NCBI RefSeq assembly: GCF_902652985.1 | Contig: NC_047029.1 | Coordinates: forward strand, 36,952,001 to 37,016,000 | Length of the DNA stretch: 64,000 bases | Reading direction: 5' to 3' | DNA from: Pecten maximus | Taxonomy: Eukaryota | Shown here: positions 52,701 through 63,345 of the stretch, one piece after another | Position numbering within the stretch: position 1 is the stretch's first letter | Layout: each line of letters opens with the position of its first letter | Translations under genes and position numbers: made by a program | The notes under the pieces: generated by a model | Database searches by the model: none | Told to the model about the DNA's origin: nothing | The model's input: only the letters and a program-made list of their open reading frames with translations

Positions 52701-53759
52701 TCATATCGACTTCCTGGGGCCGTTACCAAGAACAGAAAATGGGAACGAGAACATTTTGATGATGGTGGACCAGTTTACGAAATGGGTGGAAATTGTTCCT
52801 ACATCCTCTCAGACAGCTGAAGTCACAGCCAAAGCGGCGGTAAACTCTTTCTTCTCAAGGTTTGGGATGCCATTCCAGTTGTTTTCTGACCAAGGACGAA
52901 ATTTCGAAAGTGATCTTTTTACTGCCATATGCGATATTCTGCGCATCCATAAGGCCCGAACCACTCCATATCGACCATCCTCCAACGGACAAGTCGAACG
53001 TTACAATCGGACTCTGATGGACGCAGTCAGGTGTTTCGTTGGTAACCGACAAAAAGACTGGGACGTCTTACTTCCTCAGCTTGCGGGAGCAATGAGATCG
53101 ACAGTAAACCGGAGCACGGGCAGACACCAAATATGATGATGTTGGGCAGGGAGGTTAATCTCCCAGCAGATCTTATGTTCGAGTCCTGTAATACTCCCCT
53201 TCAACAGGGGGTTGCACCCTATATTCATCGATTAATAGGCGCTTTGCAGGAAGCTCATCATATAGCTAGACAGAAATTGAAGGAGACACAGCGCCGGATG
53301 AAGAGGAACTATGACCTCAGGGTATTGAAGCGGTCTTATCAGAAAGGAGATATTGTCTACATCCTGGATAGTGGGGCAACTAAAGGCAGATCCAAGAAGT
53401 TGTGCCCTCCCTGGAAAGGGCCCGGTATAATTGTGGAAAAGATCACACCATACTTGTTTGGGTTCAGCTTAACAACAAGGTCTTGGTCTTAAACCACGAT
53501 AAGCTCAAGCCTTGCAGGGACCGCCAAATGCCTGCATGGATAAACAAGTTCACATCCAATCTTCTGGTGGGTAACGAGGCAGAGGGTGAAGTTGATACGG
53601 AGGCAGATGATGAGGCTTATTGTATTTGTAGAAAGCCATGGAATGGTCAATTTATGATACAGTGCGACTACTGCGGGGAATGGTACCATGGGTCATGCCC
53701 TGGATATTGACCGGTTCAAGTGTTCTTCTTGTAAGAACAATGTGGTCACTCAAGCATAG
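49705..53759 (+). CDS. pol: Pol polyprotein (aspartic protease, RT, RNase H, integrase, GPY/F, PHD finger); 3' end broken by frameshifts at about 53120 and 53460 and a deletion at about 53697
   Basis: IVDTAA; [19 protein letters not shown]; LDTDAS, TDHNSL; HHCC (H...GH...CEVC); [22 protein letters not shown]; WKGPG; YCICRK...[12 protein letters not shown]...FKCSSC. Confidence 0.93.
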
Positions 53760-53783
53760 TTTCTCTCTTTCTGTTCTTCACAG
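53760..53783 (+). promoter_or_regulatory. Putative splice acceptor for an ORF3 subgenomic mRNA
   Basis: Polypyrimidine tract TTTCTCTCTTTCTGTTCTT followed by CACAG|G, 8 nt upstream of the ORF3 ATG (context GGCATGG). Confidence 0.65.
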
Positions 53784-53791
53784 GTGAAGGC

Positions 53792-56410
53792 ATGGCGTAC
53801 GGAGGCAGATGGACTGAGGTGATGTCTAAACACCTCAAGACAGTAGAGGATGCCACCCGAAAAGGTGACACCCTGGACGCTCGAGATGTCATGAGCCACC
53901 TGTATAGGACCAACATCTCCGATCGTAGGATGAAGGAAGCGGTAATGGGGCAGGTCAAGATCGCCATCAAGAAAGGCAGGCGGGGTTGGCTAAGGCGCAT
54001 GGCAGAGGAGGCTCGCAGCGCTGGATTGTTTACAGACGACTGGATTGAAGGTAACATCTTCAAATTACAGGGTCGCCGTCATCGTCGTGACAATCGCCGA
54101 GAATCCATCGCGGAGCAGGCGGTGTTCGAGCTTGTGAGGGACTATCGGCTTCAACAGGACCCGACACTCCCAAAATATGTTGAAGAGGTTAGCGCTCAAG
54201 ATGGCCCGACTAGGTTGGATCAGCGCTCCTACAGAGATGCCTTAATGGACTGCCCTAGAGAAGAGAAGAGATCGTCTCCGGAAAAGTATTCGTCGGGCGT
54301 GTCCAATCATTCGGGAGGGGACTACCAGGAGGAGTTGGCCGGCGAATCTTCAAGGGAGGACCTTTATGTTGACAATCAGTCAACCGGTGAGGGTCAGGAT
54401 TCCCAGTTACGGGGAGGAAGCTCGGAAGGCAAGGATTCCCGGTTCTCGGGAAACACAGATACGCAACGTGTCGTTGTATTAATGCCTGCAGAGAGGGACA
54501 TGACGGATCAGGGCAAGTCGCAGAGGGGTAGCCCCCGTTATCAGCGACAGTCTAGCTCTCGGCTAAGGGGCTCGGATTCGAGCAGGGGGAGGAGTATGGC
54601 ACGTTTCTCACAAAAACGGAGACCCTCCCCGAGGAGTTATCAACGGAACAAAGGAACCTATTCCACAAGAGAGGCAAGGTCTCCGACCCCACGTATACAG
54701 AGTACGAGGGGAGCCGGACCAAAGGTTCATTCAGTCCGGGTACGGACAGATCATCAGCATAGTTCGGGGGTTGGACAAGTACCAGTACGAACTAGGGAAA
54801 TATGGAATTCGTCTTATTCCCGTAAGAAGGAGTCTTCCAAGCCGGAAGAACAGCCCACTCCAACAAGGCACCGGAAACGGAAAGCTAAGTTGCAAGGTCA
54901 GGAGGGTCAGCCACCTGAGAAGAAGTCTCACAGAGGTCATCGGAAGGGGGAGATTTGCAAGATAGGCGGTTGTGGCAAGGAAACTTGGTATCCCAAGCGT
55001 CATCTAGTCGAGGCTCACCTCCCCAATGTCTTAGAAGAGCGTCATCCGTTGACAGTGGACCTACACCGGACCCGATATTCGTGTCTGGCCATGTTTGCTG
55101 TATGCACTGTGGGGCCAACAGCAGGGCTGCAAGACCTCTGTGATTGGATCAACCGATACAGGTTCATTGAGCCAGGTTGGAAGATCACCGATAGACAGAG
55201 GGAGTTGATGGTAGGACTGTGTGAGGAGCAAGGCTGGGAAGTTCCACAGGATTTCAGCTTGTCCCCAATAAACTCTCCCGCTGCACTCCTGCATTGGAGG
55301 TGCCTGAAAGCTATTGCCAATCAGATAGCTAGGGGGACGATGAAAGAGCTGAGGGAAAGGTTCACCTTTACCTCTGAACAGGTTCTTGTGGAGCCGGAAG
55401 CTGAGGTCCAGGATACGGCTGGTGTCGACGTGAAGGATCCGATAGAGGCCATGGAGACGTCATCAGGACTTCGGGTATCCATCGGTAGATCGGCAGAGGA
55501 CCCGGGGTTAGAGCATGCTGGGGATTCGTTGGAGGACATATCAGTACCAGAGTCCAAGCGAATGGAGGAGTCCAAACCGGTGATGAGCGCTTTCGATAGC
55601 CATTTCCATCTGGATAGGATACGAAGGTACCTGAAGCTTCACCATGATGCGTCAGTGCATGATGTACTAGCAGCGGTGCCAACAACACCAGGGGAGTACC
55701 AGCTAGAAGTCTCGGGAGGTGTCGCGGTATACTGCGACCCCGAAACCTACCCATCAGTCGACGAAATATCTCGATTAGTGGAGGAAGGCTTTAAGGCGGT
55801 GATTGGAGTCCATCCTAAGCACTGCATTTCCAAGGTTGACAAACAACGCCTGGTGGACTTGCTGGTGGTACCTGGAGTGGCTGGACTCGGTGAGGTCGGT
55901 CTCGATCACACCTGTCGGCCTGATACTTGGTATCCTCAGGAGCAGCTACTCAAGAATCTCCTGTCCTATCTGTGTCCAGGCATGGTACTGGTGCTGCACA
56001 TCAGGGGAATGAAGAGGGATGCTGCAGGAGTGGAGGCCTTCATGCGCTGCCTGGATATCCTGCAATTGCAGGGAGTATCATCACGCCAGAAGATTCAACT
56101 CCACTGTTTCTCCGGTACAGCGAGAGTAGTGGAAAGTTGGTTGGAAGTCTATCCAAACACCTACTTTAGTGTGTCGGGCCTGGTGTTTCACTTCAATGAT
56201 GCCCAGAGAAAGGCTGTCAAGTCAATTCCCCTAGATCGGCTCCTTTTAGAGACAGATGCCCCTTACTTTCCGGTAAGTGCGGAAAGTTCGTGCAGTGCCC
56301 CCCACTTAATTGATATCACAGCCAGGAAAGTGGCAGAGATACGGGGAGGCATTACCGTCAGAGAGGTCCTTGGAGCCACAGAGGAGAACGCCCGGACCTT
56401 CTTCTGTTAA
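53792..56410 (+). CDS. ORF3: 872-aa protein with an R/S-rich low-complexity region, a C2H2-like motif and a C-terminal TatD-family nuclease domain (about 55592-56407)
   Basis: TatD motifs in order: FDSHFHLD, GVHP, GLGEVGLD, LVLHIR, LHCFSG, DRLLLETDAPY, closing TEENARTFF; CKIGGC-x9-HLVEAH at 54956-55018. Confidence 0.92.
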   Translation: MAYGGRWTEVMSKHLKTVEDATRKGDTLDARDVMSHLYRTNISDRRMKEAVMGQVKIAIKKGRRGWLRRMAEEARSAGLFTDDWIEGNIFKLQGRRHRRDNRRESIAEQAVFELVRDYRLQQDPTLPKYVEEVSAQDGPTRLDQRSYRDALMDCPREEKRSSPEKYSSGVSNHSGGDYQEELAGESSREDLYVDNQSTGEGQDSQLRGGSSEGKDSRFSGNTDTQRVVVLMPAERDMTDQGKSQRGSPRYQRQSSSRLRGSDSSRGRSMARFSQKRRPSPRSYQRNKGTYSTREARSPTPRIQSTRGAGPKVHSVRVRTDHQHSSGVGQVPVRTREIWNSSYSRKKESSKPEEQPTPTRHRKRKAKLQGQEGQPPEKKSHRGHRKGEICKIGGCGKETWYPKRHLVEAHLPNVLEERHPLTVDLHRTRYSCLAMFAVCTVGPTAGLQDLCDWINRYRFIEPGWKITDRQRELMVGLCEEQGWEVPQDFSLSPINSPAALLHWRCLKAIANQIARGTMKELRERFTFTSEQVLVEPEAEVQDTAGVDVKDPIEAMETSSGLRVSIGRSAEDPGLEHAGDSLEDISVPESKRMEESKPVMSAFDSHFHLDRIRRYLKLHHDASVHDVLAAVPTTPGEYQLEVSGGVAVYCDPETYPSVDEISRLVEEGFKAVIGVHPKHCISKVDKQRLVDLLVVPGVAGLGEVGLDHTCRPDTWYPQEQLLKNLLSYLCPGMVLVLHIRGMKRDAAGVEAFMRCLDILQLQGVSSRQKIQLHCFSGTARVVESWLEVYPNTYFSVSGLVFHFNDAQRKAVKSIPLDRLLLETDAPYFPVSAESSCSAPHLIDITARKVAEIRGGITVREVLGATEENARTFFC

Positions 56411-56504
56411 GCTTGAGTGTGGACCGGTAGCAGGGCCCCCATCTTGATTAGGCCATGCCGGTGTGAGGGTTAGTGCCCGTTCGGAGATGGCTATGGACTT
56501 TCCC

Positions 56505-56524
56505 AAAAAGAAAACGGGGGGGAA
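56505..56524 (+). promoter_or_regulatory. Polypurine tract of Gypsy C
   Basis: AAAAAGAAAACGGGGGGGAA immediately before the 3' LTR. Confidence 0.85.
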
Positions 56525-56809
56525 TGTAGTGAAAACGGACTCAAGCGCGCCGGTGACACGGGTCAGCGTGCGCGAGCGGCTCACGTGCGCACTTAGAAAA
56601 AAGAGACTAGAAATTAGACAACGCAATCTACACCACGAGGTAAATTCGTAAACAGAAAAGCTTATCTAGCAAGACACCCCGGTAAAACGGTGCATACGTC
56701 GCTGGAACCCCCCTACCCACGGTTAACCCCGGTATAGGAAGTAGGGAACTGACCACCTGTAACAAGGTAAACGGTAAGCTGTCCTCGTGAACCACGCGTT
56801 GAAACTTCA
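56525..56809 (+). repeat. 3' LTR of Gypsy C
   Basis: Matches 46903-47187 with 3 substitutions. Confidence 0.97.
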
Positions 56810-57199
56810 ATTGTATATATCATCCAATCGTGTTTTCATTAACATCAAAACTGCGTTCATAATGGCTTTGAGAGTAAATGTTTGAATACCATATGAAAAA
56901 AAGCTGTGAAATTGTTAAAACAATTATAATTCAAAATATTTGTCGAGAGGAGATGATTTAAATCCTCAAAAACCATGTGACTTATAGCCCTCATTACTGC
57001 TCCGATGGAATACAAAATATATTAATCCTCAATTAAAATACATTAAGCAGTGCGAAAGTTATAACCCATCGGCTACAATAAAGAATCATATCGGGACACG
57101 CCCATTGATACGTCCTTCGCCACCATGGTACCTTGCTAATTATTTCCCTTATCTCAACAAAAATTGTAAAAATGTCGTAAAGCTATGTGGTATTCCATC

Positions 57200-57810
57200 T
57201 AATTGCGAATTATCATGTGCACAATTTGTAACATCTTTGTAGAAGATACAGTTTATTATTGTATACTTGATTGTTCTAGTCCCTTGGTGCTAACTTCACG
57301 TGACGTATTTTTCACCAAATTAGTTAACGACTATCCGGTCCATGTGTACGTATTACTCGCTACAGTTCTCGTGGCGGGAGATTCAAATCGTAACGATCCT
57401 AGGTAGTCCTCCTGTTGTCATAAAACTTATATTTGGTCATGAAGATCGCCTTTTTGTATCATTTGCAAGATATTGTTGTATTTTTGCCGAAAAGTATCCC
57501 TCGTTACGATTAATTAACAAAGATAAACTGCGTGTTTTGTAAAAACTACATATGCATGTAATATACGTGTATATACTTTCATAATGGCAAGTTGGCAGTC
57601 ATTGCGTTCTATGACTGACTTCATATATTCCAATATGTCTCTACTATGACATCGTATATTTTTTCTTATTTTACCTCCTTTACTTCATTTCATTACCACT
57701 CATTACCACTCATTACAATGATTTTTGTCATTTCGTATTTGTCTTTGTAACACATTATTGATGTCATTTGTAACCCTTCAAATTTTGGGGGAATAAAGAT
57801 ATGAATGAAA
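57200..57810 (+). mobile_element. Possible ancient LINE 3'-end relic
   Basis: CTICNIFVEDTVYYCILDC resembles the CxxC...ED..H...C terminal motif of LINE ORF2; AATAAA plus a short repeat tail near 57792. Confidence 0.3.
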
Positions 57811-58239
57811 TCTACAAAATGACTATTTTCTAGCATCTGACCCTAAATTCTTTCTTATGTTTTCATTAACCTTTCATAACTATCCTTGCTTTGAAATATA
57901 TTGAACAGCCGTATAACATGTAAAGTGGTAGTGATATAAGGGCGGACACGTACTAATATGGTCCTTTATTACCCCGAGCCAATTATAGCTTAAAGTTAAC
58001 ATCAGTGTCGACGCTGACGTAACAGGAAACAGTGGAAGAGAACAGACATGTGCAGTTCTATACAACGTCAGCCATGTAGCCGCTAATACACAAAAGTATG
58101 TAACGAGAGTGTATCTATATTTATCAGCCCTTCTATTTATAAACGTATTGTCTTATTTATCTTATAACAATGTATATATCTTATTATATATCTTATTATT
58201 TATCTTATTATATATCTTACAACAATTGCGAAACAAGTT

Positions 58240-58465
58240 ACACCGACTTCTATTAATCACGTTTGTTTGTCCTGACGGAAGCGGACGGAAGCGGACGGAA
58301 GCGGACGTGGAGTCTTACTGTGGGAGGACACGGAGTACCCGGGGAAACCCACGTGGTCGGGCATGACCCCATACCCTCGTTCGATCGGGGATTCCAACCC
58401 CGGCTGTCTAGGTGAAAGGCTTTGGTTTTAACAAATGTGTCACCCGACCATCCAACCAACCCCCT
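58240..58465 (-). mobile_element. Second SINE family (V-domain-like)
   Basis: The minus strand reads a tRNA-like head, then CCCGACCACGTGGGTTTCCCCGGGTACTCCG..TCCTCCCACAG; tandem GCGGACGGAA units. Confidence 0.55.
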
Positions 58466-59900
58466 CCCCCTTCGTCATGTGTATTACTATGCTATATATT
58501 ATATATCATTGTAGGTATATCAAGTCGTTCATACTTGGATGTATTTCTCAAATTTGAAAATAAAGCAAAAACAAAAATCAAAATCAAAAACAAAACAAAA
58601 AGGACACTTTATTACAAAGCACAATATCATTCTGATCACGTTAATTACACAATCTTCGGTGTCTTTCAGTGTTTTTCAATATTAATGTGCTGGAAATTAA
58701 AAAAAAAAAAATTACCGACACCGATTTTTTTCTGACAATTCTGTTAGCTATAATGATGGAACAAAATAGAATCACCTTATATACGACATCCTTCTCTACC
58801 TTCCGGCTATATTCAAACCTAGCAAATTAAACAAATAAATAGGTACACCTCGCACCTTCCTATCGCCTACACTCGACACAATCTTGCCACAACCGTATCT
58901 TACCACGCCCATTGTCAATATCCTGCTTTCTTATAAGATCCTAATTATTGTGCAACTCCCCACCTGGAGGTTCAGCCGTTTTATTACATCCGGGTTCCCC
59001 TCTACAAACATATCCCATGATAGCTTCCCCCTGGCCAATTCACTCAGTATCTAGTTTGAGTTTGATATTTTGACCGGAAGTAGAATACTTAGATAGTTTC
59101 CGGTTTGTGCTATTGTTTATCATGGTGTGATCGTAGAAATGTGTATCATGTGTCAATACATACGTATGTGTTCTGTGTTGTACAGGAAGGGCGTGCTTTT
59201 GTGGTTTCATAGAATTACATGGTATACAAATAAATTTTCCTCATGCCACATTTTGATATCAAAAAGGATTTCCTATTCGAGGATGACTACATTTCAAAAT
59301 ACAGATAACGTATTAAAATATTACTGACAGGAGGAAAGGCCAATGACAACCTTGTAAAAAACCCGGACACCAATTAAGGAGGGGAGGAGGTTGACGGGGC
59401 TTGTCTGTAGCATAGATTGCTAGGGTTATGACAGCCTCACCACATAGTCTATAACCGAGATGTACACAAATCAAGTTGTCCCCATTTTATACCCTAACCC
59501 CGGCGTAACGAACGCGCATGTACGCATTATCATTAAGGAGAGTATTACCGAATCATACCGAGTGTTAGCATAAATAGCCAAGCTACTTTTACTTTTGTAA
59601 AAGATTATTCCTACAACCCAATATCTTACAGATAGACTTTCTAATTAAATGAATTAAATATTAACAGTGGATAATCCCGATTCTGCCAAACAATGTTTAC
59701 ATTATGAGACTGCAGAACGAAAGTAGATTTCTATTTGCACCGTTTGGTCAATATACGAAGTTTTTTTTTTTTTTTTTTTACAGCGACAAAAGGGATTAAT
59801 TTGCACAAGGATTTCACGTAAATGCGCAAGGGCCGCACTCACAAACACAACAAAATAATACACATATATTAAACGAGGAAAATATAACTTTGGAATAAAT

Positions 59901-60290
59901 AACATGAGATCGCACAGGGGCCTTAGCGCCCACCATTAATGATCTATATTGGTTAGTTCTATCCCTACTTTCCCACTTTTCCCTCTCTTTTCTATGTAAC
60001 GTTTTGATAATTTTATGCAAAAAGAAGAACTTTCTGAGAAATAGCGATAACAAATTTCAACTACCAAACTCCAAGATGGCTGCTTGTTAGCCATGTTTTT
60101 TTCCCGATCAGACTCAAAATTGAATTTGTACAACAAAAGAGAAACTACACCTACAGTTTGAAAATCATCCTTCGGTGCTTTTCAAGATATAGCGATAACA
60201 AGGATTGTTTAAGGACGGACGACAGACAGACGGCGGACGGACGGACCACGAATGTAAGGTGATTTGAATAATGATGACGGTGAGCTAAAA
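59901..60290 (-). mobile_element. Helentron-like non-autonomous element
   Basis: (GACG/GACA)n microsatellite followed by GGTGAGCTAAAA, mirroring the 17860 element. Confidence 0.6.
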
Positions 60291-60385
60291 TATATTTAAA
60301 TTTTATGTATAAACAATCATCGTGAAATTAATCAATCAGAATGTATATATGTAAATTTTTAGAATTCTGTCGGGAAGGAGGGGAT

Positions 60386-60560
60386 TTGGTTTGGTTTGTT
60401 TTTGCTTAACGTCCTATTAACAACCAGGGTCATTTAAGGACGTGCCAGGTTTTGAAGGTGGAGGAAAGCCAGAGTACCCGGAGAAAAACCATCGGCCTAG
60501 CTACGGTCAGTACCTGGCAACTGCCCCACGTAGGTTTCGAACTCGCAACCCAGAGGTGGG
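60386..60560 (-). mobile_element. 5'-truncated tRNA-derived SINE
   Basis: Same core and tail as 20141-20370. Confidence 0.8.
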
Positions 60561-61690
60561 GACGATCATAATTTGAAATAAGACTAGTTATGTTGCAAAT
60601 GTTGGGCGTCATACCGTTGTTAATCTGCGTTACTCACAAGCCTTGAATACGTAGATAGGGCTCGACTCCATGTGGTATGATACAGACCTCCCCCTAAAGA
60701 TAAGTAAACCTTACATATATTTTAAACATGCAAAACATCTGGTCATACAGTAGTTGGGGTTACCATATGTTATAAAACTGGGAGGGGGACCGCTGACTCC
60801 CCGTCTACTCCGTGGCTATCGGCTTCCACGATATATAATTTGTTTAGACAATATTTTAAATATTTCTCTATCTTGCATTAACACTGGCTATGTTACGTTA
60901 TGACTTACATATGTTTCTCACTCACTCACGGTTAAGCACACAATACCCGCTAGTCTGACATGAGGATGTGTTCTCCACTAGGGTTACAGCGCGCGCATTC
61001 TCCAGCTTCCCGTTTCACATCCGCCTGGTTACAATCGAGCCCTGTGTGTCTGCATCACGGTTTAGAAATGAATAAATAAGGAGTGCTAATTCTAGAATGG
61101 ATTTATGTTCAAGTTAAAACTAAATATTGTGTATTGTAGTGTGGATTGTGTGTTTTAAGGGGAGTTAGTGTTTGTCATGGCGACCCCGGCTACACGGTAT
61201 CTACTGCTGGTCGTGTTTGTGGAAGGAACTTTGGGATTTAACTTCGATACAGAAAATGTTATGATACTTGACGGACCTAAGAAAGGAATTCAGTTTGGAT
61301 TTTCCTCTGGACTGTTTTATCGGGGGGATGACCCGTGGTAAGATATATACTTCCTGACTCTCTGACCCGGATGTGTATGTCCGATACACTTACAAACAGA
61401 ATGTTATCGTTTTCATTTGTTCTTATCATAACAGATCTTTTGATACTAGATACATATGCTGTTCGTATGCTCTTTTTCAATTCCAAACTTTAAAAAATGT
61501 AGCCGATCACATATTTCAACTGTTCAATATATGTACGTGTTTAAACTAAACTCTAAAATAACAACTACAGGCCTAATTGACCTTTACTCCTACACAGATC
61601 CTTTTATGTATATCAACAGCACTGCTTGTATGTCAACCACAACCACACACCTCAGTACTACCGAACTCTCCTCATTCTGTCCCCCAGGAA

Positions 61691-61691
<1 letters not shown>

Positions 61692-61773
<82 letters not shown>
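61692..61773. repeat. Poly-C run (about 49 nt) followed by an (AC)n microsatellite
   Basis: Directly visible; homopolymer length is unreliable. Confidence 0.9.
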
Positions 61774-61775
<2 letters not shown>

Positions 61776-62564
61776 ATACTCCGTTCCGTTATTATGATCT
61801 CGCTCTATCTTTTGATGTGTTGCAGGTCCAGATGTCATTCTTTGTATCACAAGTATCTGTACGTTTGGTACTAAAGCCAAAAGTTTCTGTTCTCCCGACC
61901 CTACCTTGATGCTAAACATCAACAGATTTTTTTTTCATTGGCTTAATTATGGGCTTATAGAAAAAAAACTGTCCTTGATTGATAATTCTCGGATTTTCGA
62001 TACATTTTCCAGGTTCAATTTCGTCTCTGGTAGTCTAGATCAATATAGATTGTCCACCAGCCCCTAAGTTTTTGTAATAATTGCTCCACTAAATTCTAAT
62101 ACTAGATTATCTCCCCCTAGATTGAAACATATACTGGAGACTAAAATCATTAACCTCAATGTAACTCATAATTTTGATATTCTAGAGAAAGGTGGCCAGC
62201 CTATCGTTATTAGAACACGACCAATGATATATTTTCAGTATACGTATCCAGCGAACATCATTTTGTCAGGAGCCATTACCATACCGGGTACTTACTTGAG
62301 CCGATATAAGTGACACATACAACGATATAACAATACCACACGTGTCTATAAAAGTGACACGAGGGATGATTGATATGTTGTGAGCCTCGTATTGAAGGAG
62401 GTACTCAAGGATGTTCTTTTTAAGTCCTACTATTCTCTGACTATAGGGCCGTGTACCCAAAGACTGGTCTCGTTTGGTTAGTTTATATCGACGAGGTAGA
62501 ACTCTAAAGTAAACAAGATAAGTGGCTTTTGCAAAATGGACAAAATCGGTTAGGGTTAGGGTGA

Positions 62565-62887
62565 AAGAGTCTGTCATCATGGCTACCATTCACGATTGGG
62601 GACTGAGCATCCGCCTTATTCACCTGACCTCGCTCCATCAGACTTTCATCTTTTTCCAAAATTGAAAACAGCTATTTCAGGCACCCTAACCCTAACATGC
62701 AGTGGATGACTTTCTGAACAGTCAAGAAAAGGAGTTCTATTAAAGTGGCATTGTGGCCCTCAACCACCGCTGGCAAAAGTATATAGATACGGGAGAGGAT
62801 TACTGTATGTTGAAAAATAATTCAATATTTTCGGCAAAATTCAAATCCTTCAAAACGAGGCTCACAACTTATCAATCAGCTCTCGTA
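62565..62887 (+). mobile_element. Mariner transposon 3' fragment with right TIR and TA
   Basis: EHPPYSPDLAPSDFHLFPKLK motif (about 62605-62667), ...RWQKYI...VEK*; ends ...TTATCAATCAGCTCTCG-TA. Confidence 0.85.
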
Positions 62888-63059
62888 ACCTTTGTCATCA
62901 ATGATACATTAATACAAATGTCTTACTAACTTACCCTAGAGTTTTGGCCAATGCAAAATATGGCCAGACTTATCATGTCGAACCATCCAGTGTAGCTCGT
63001 AAGGCATACATTACATTAAACTGTACATATATAATATAGGCATTCTACACTAGTTTTAG

Positions 63060-63345
63060 TCATTATGTCAGCATCAGTCCCCGATACTTAGATGTAGTAA
63101 GGTCGTCTTCTATACCTACACTAGTTATATCATTATACTCCCTTTGTATAGATGATAATTACTAATTATATATCTAACATACAGACTGTTATCAATAAAG
63201 TAGATCTAGTCATTGTGTCAGCCTCCGTCCCCGACACTTAGATGTAGTAAGGTCGTCTTCTATACCTAAACTAGTTATATCATTATACTCCCTTTGTATA
63301 GATGATAATTACTAATTATGTATATAATATGCAGACTGTTATCCC
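63060..63345. repeat. Two-copy direct repeat, period about 150 bp
   Basis: TTAGATGTAGTAAGGTCGTCTTCTATACCT at 63088 and 63238. Confidence 0.8.

Larger units (their letters stand above)
46903..56809 (+). mobile_element. Young full-length Ty3/Gypsy LTR retrotransposon C (gag, pol, ORF3-TatD)
   Basis: 285-bp LTRs TG...CA with 3 mismatches; 4-bp TSD ATTG (46899-46902, 56810-56813); PBS; PPT; PR-RT-RH-IN domain order. Confidence 0.97.

Noticed and set aside
50268-56169. Many short antisense or alternate-frame ORFs within Gypsy C (likewise within the MFS exons)
   Set aside because: Shadows of the real coding frames; no recognisable motifs.
53792-56410. TatD as bacterial contamination or an independent host gene
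   Set aside because: It lies inside paired LTRs with PPT and TSD, is collinear with pol and has no operon context.
53792-56410. ORF3 as an envelope glycoprotein
   Set aside because: No evident signal peptide or transmembrane anchor; the C-terminus carries TatD motifs.
61456-61922. Poly-Pro/poly-Gly ORFs
   Set aside because: Translation artefacts of the poly-C/(AC)n tract.
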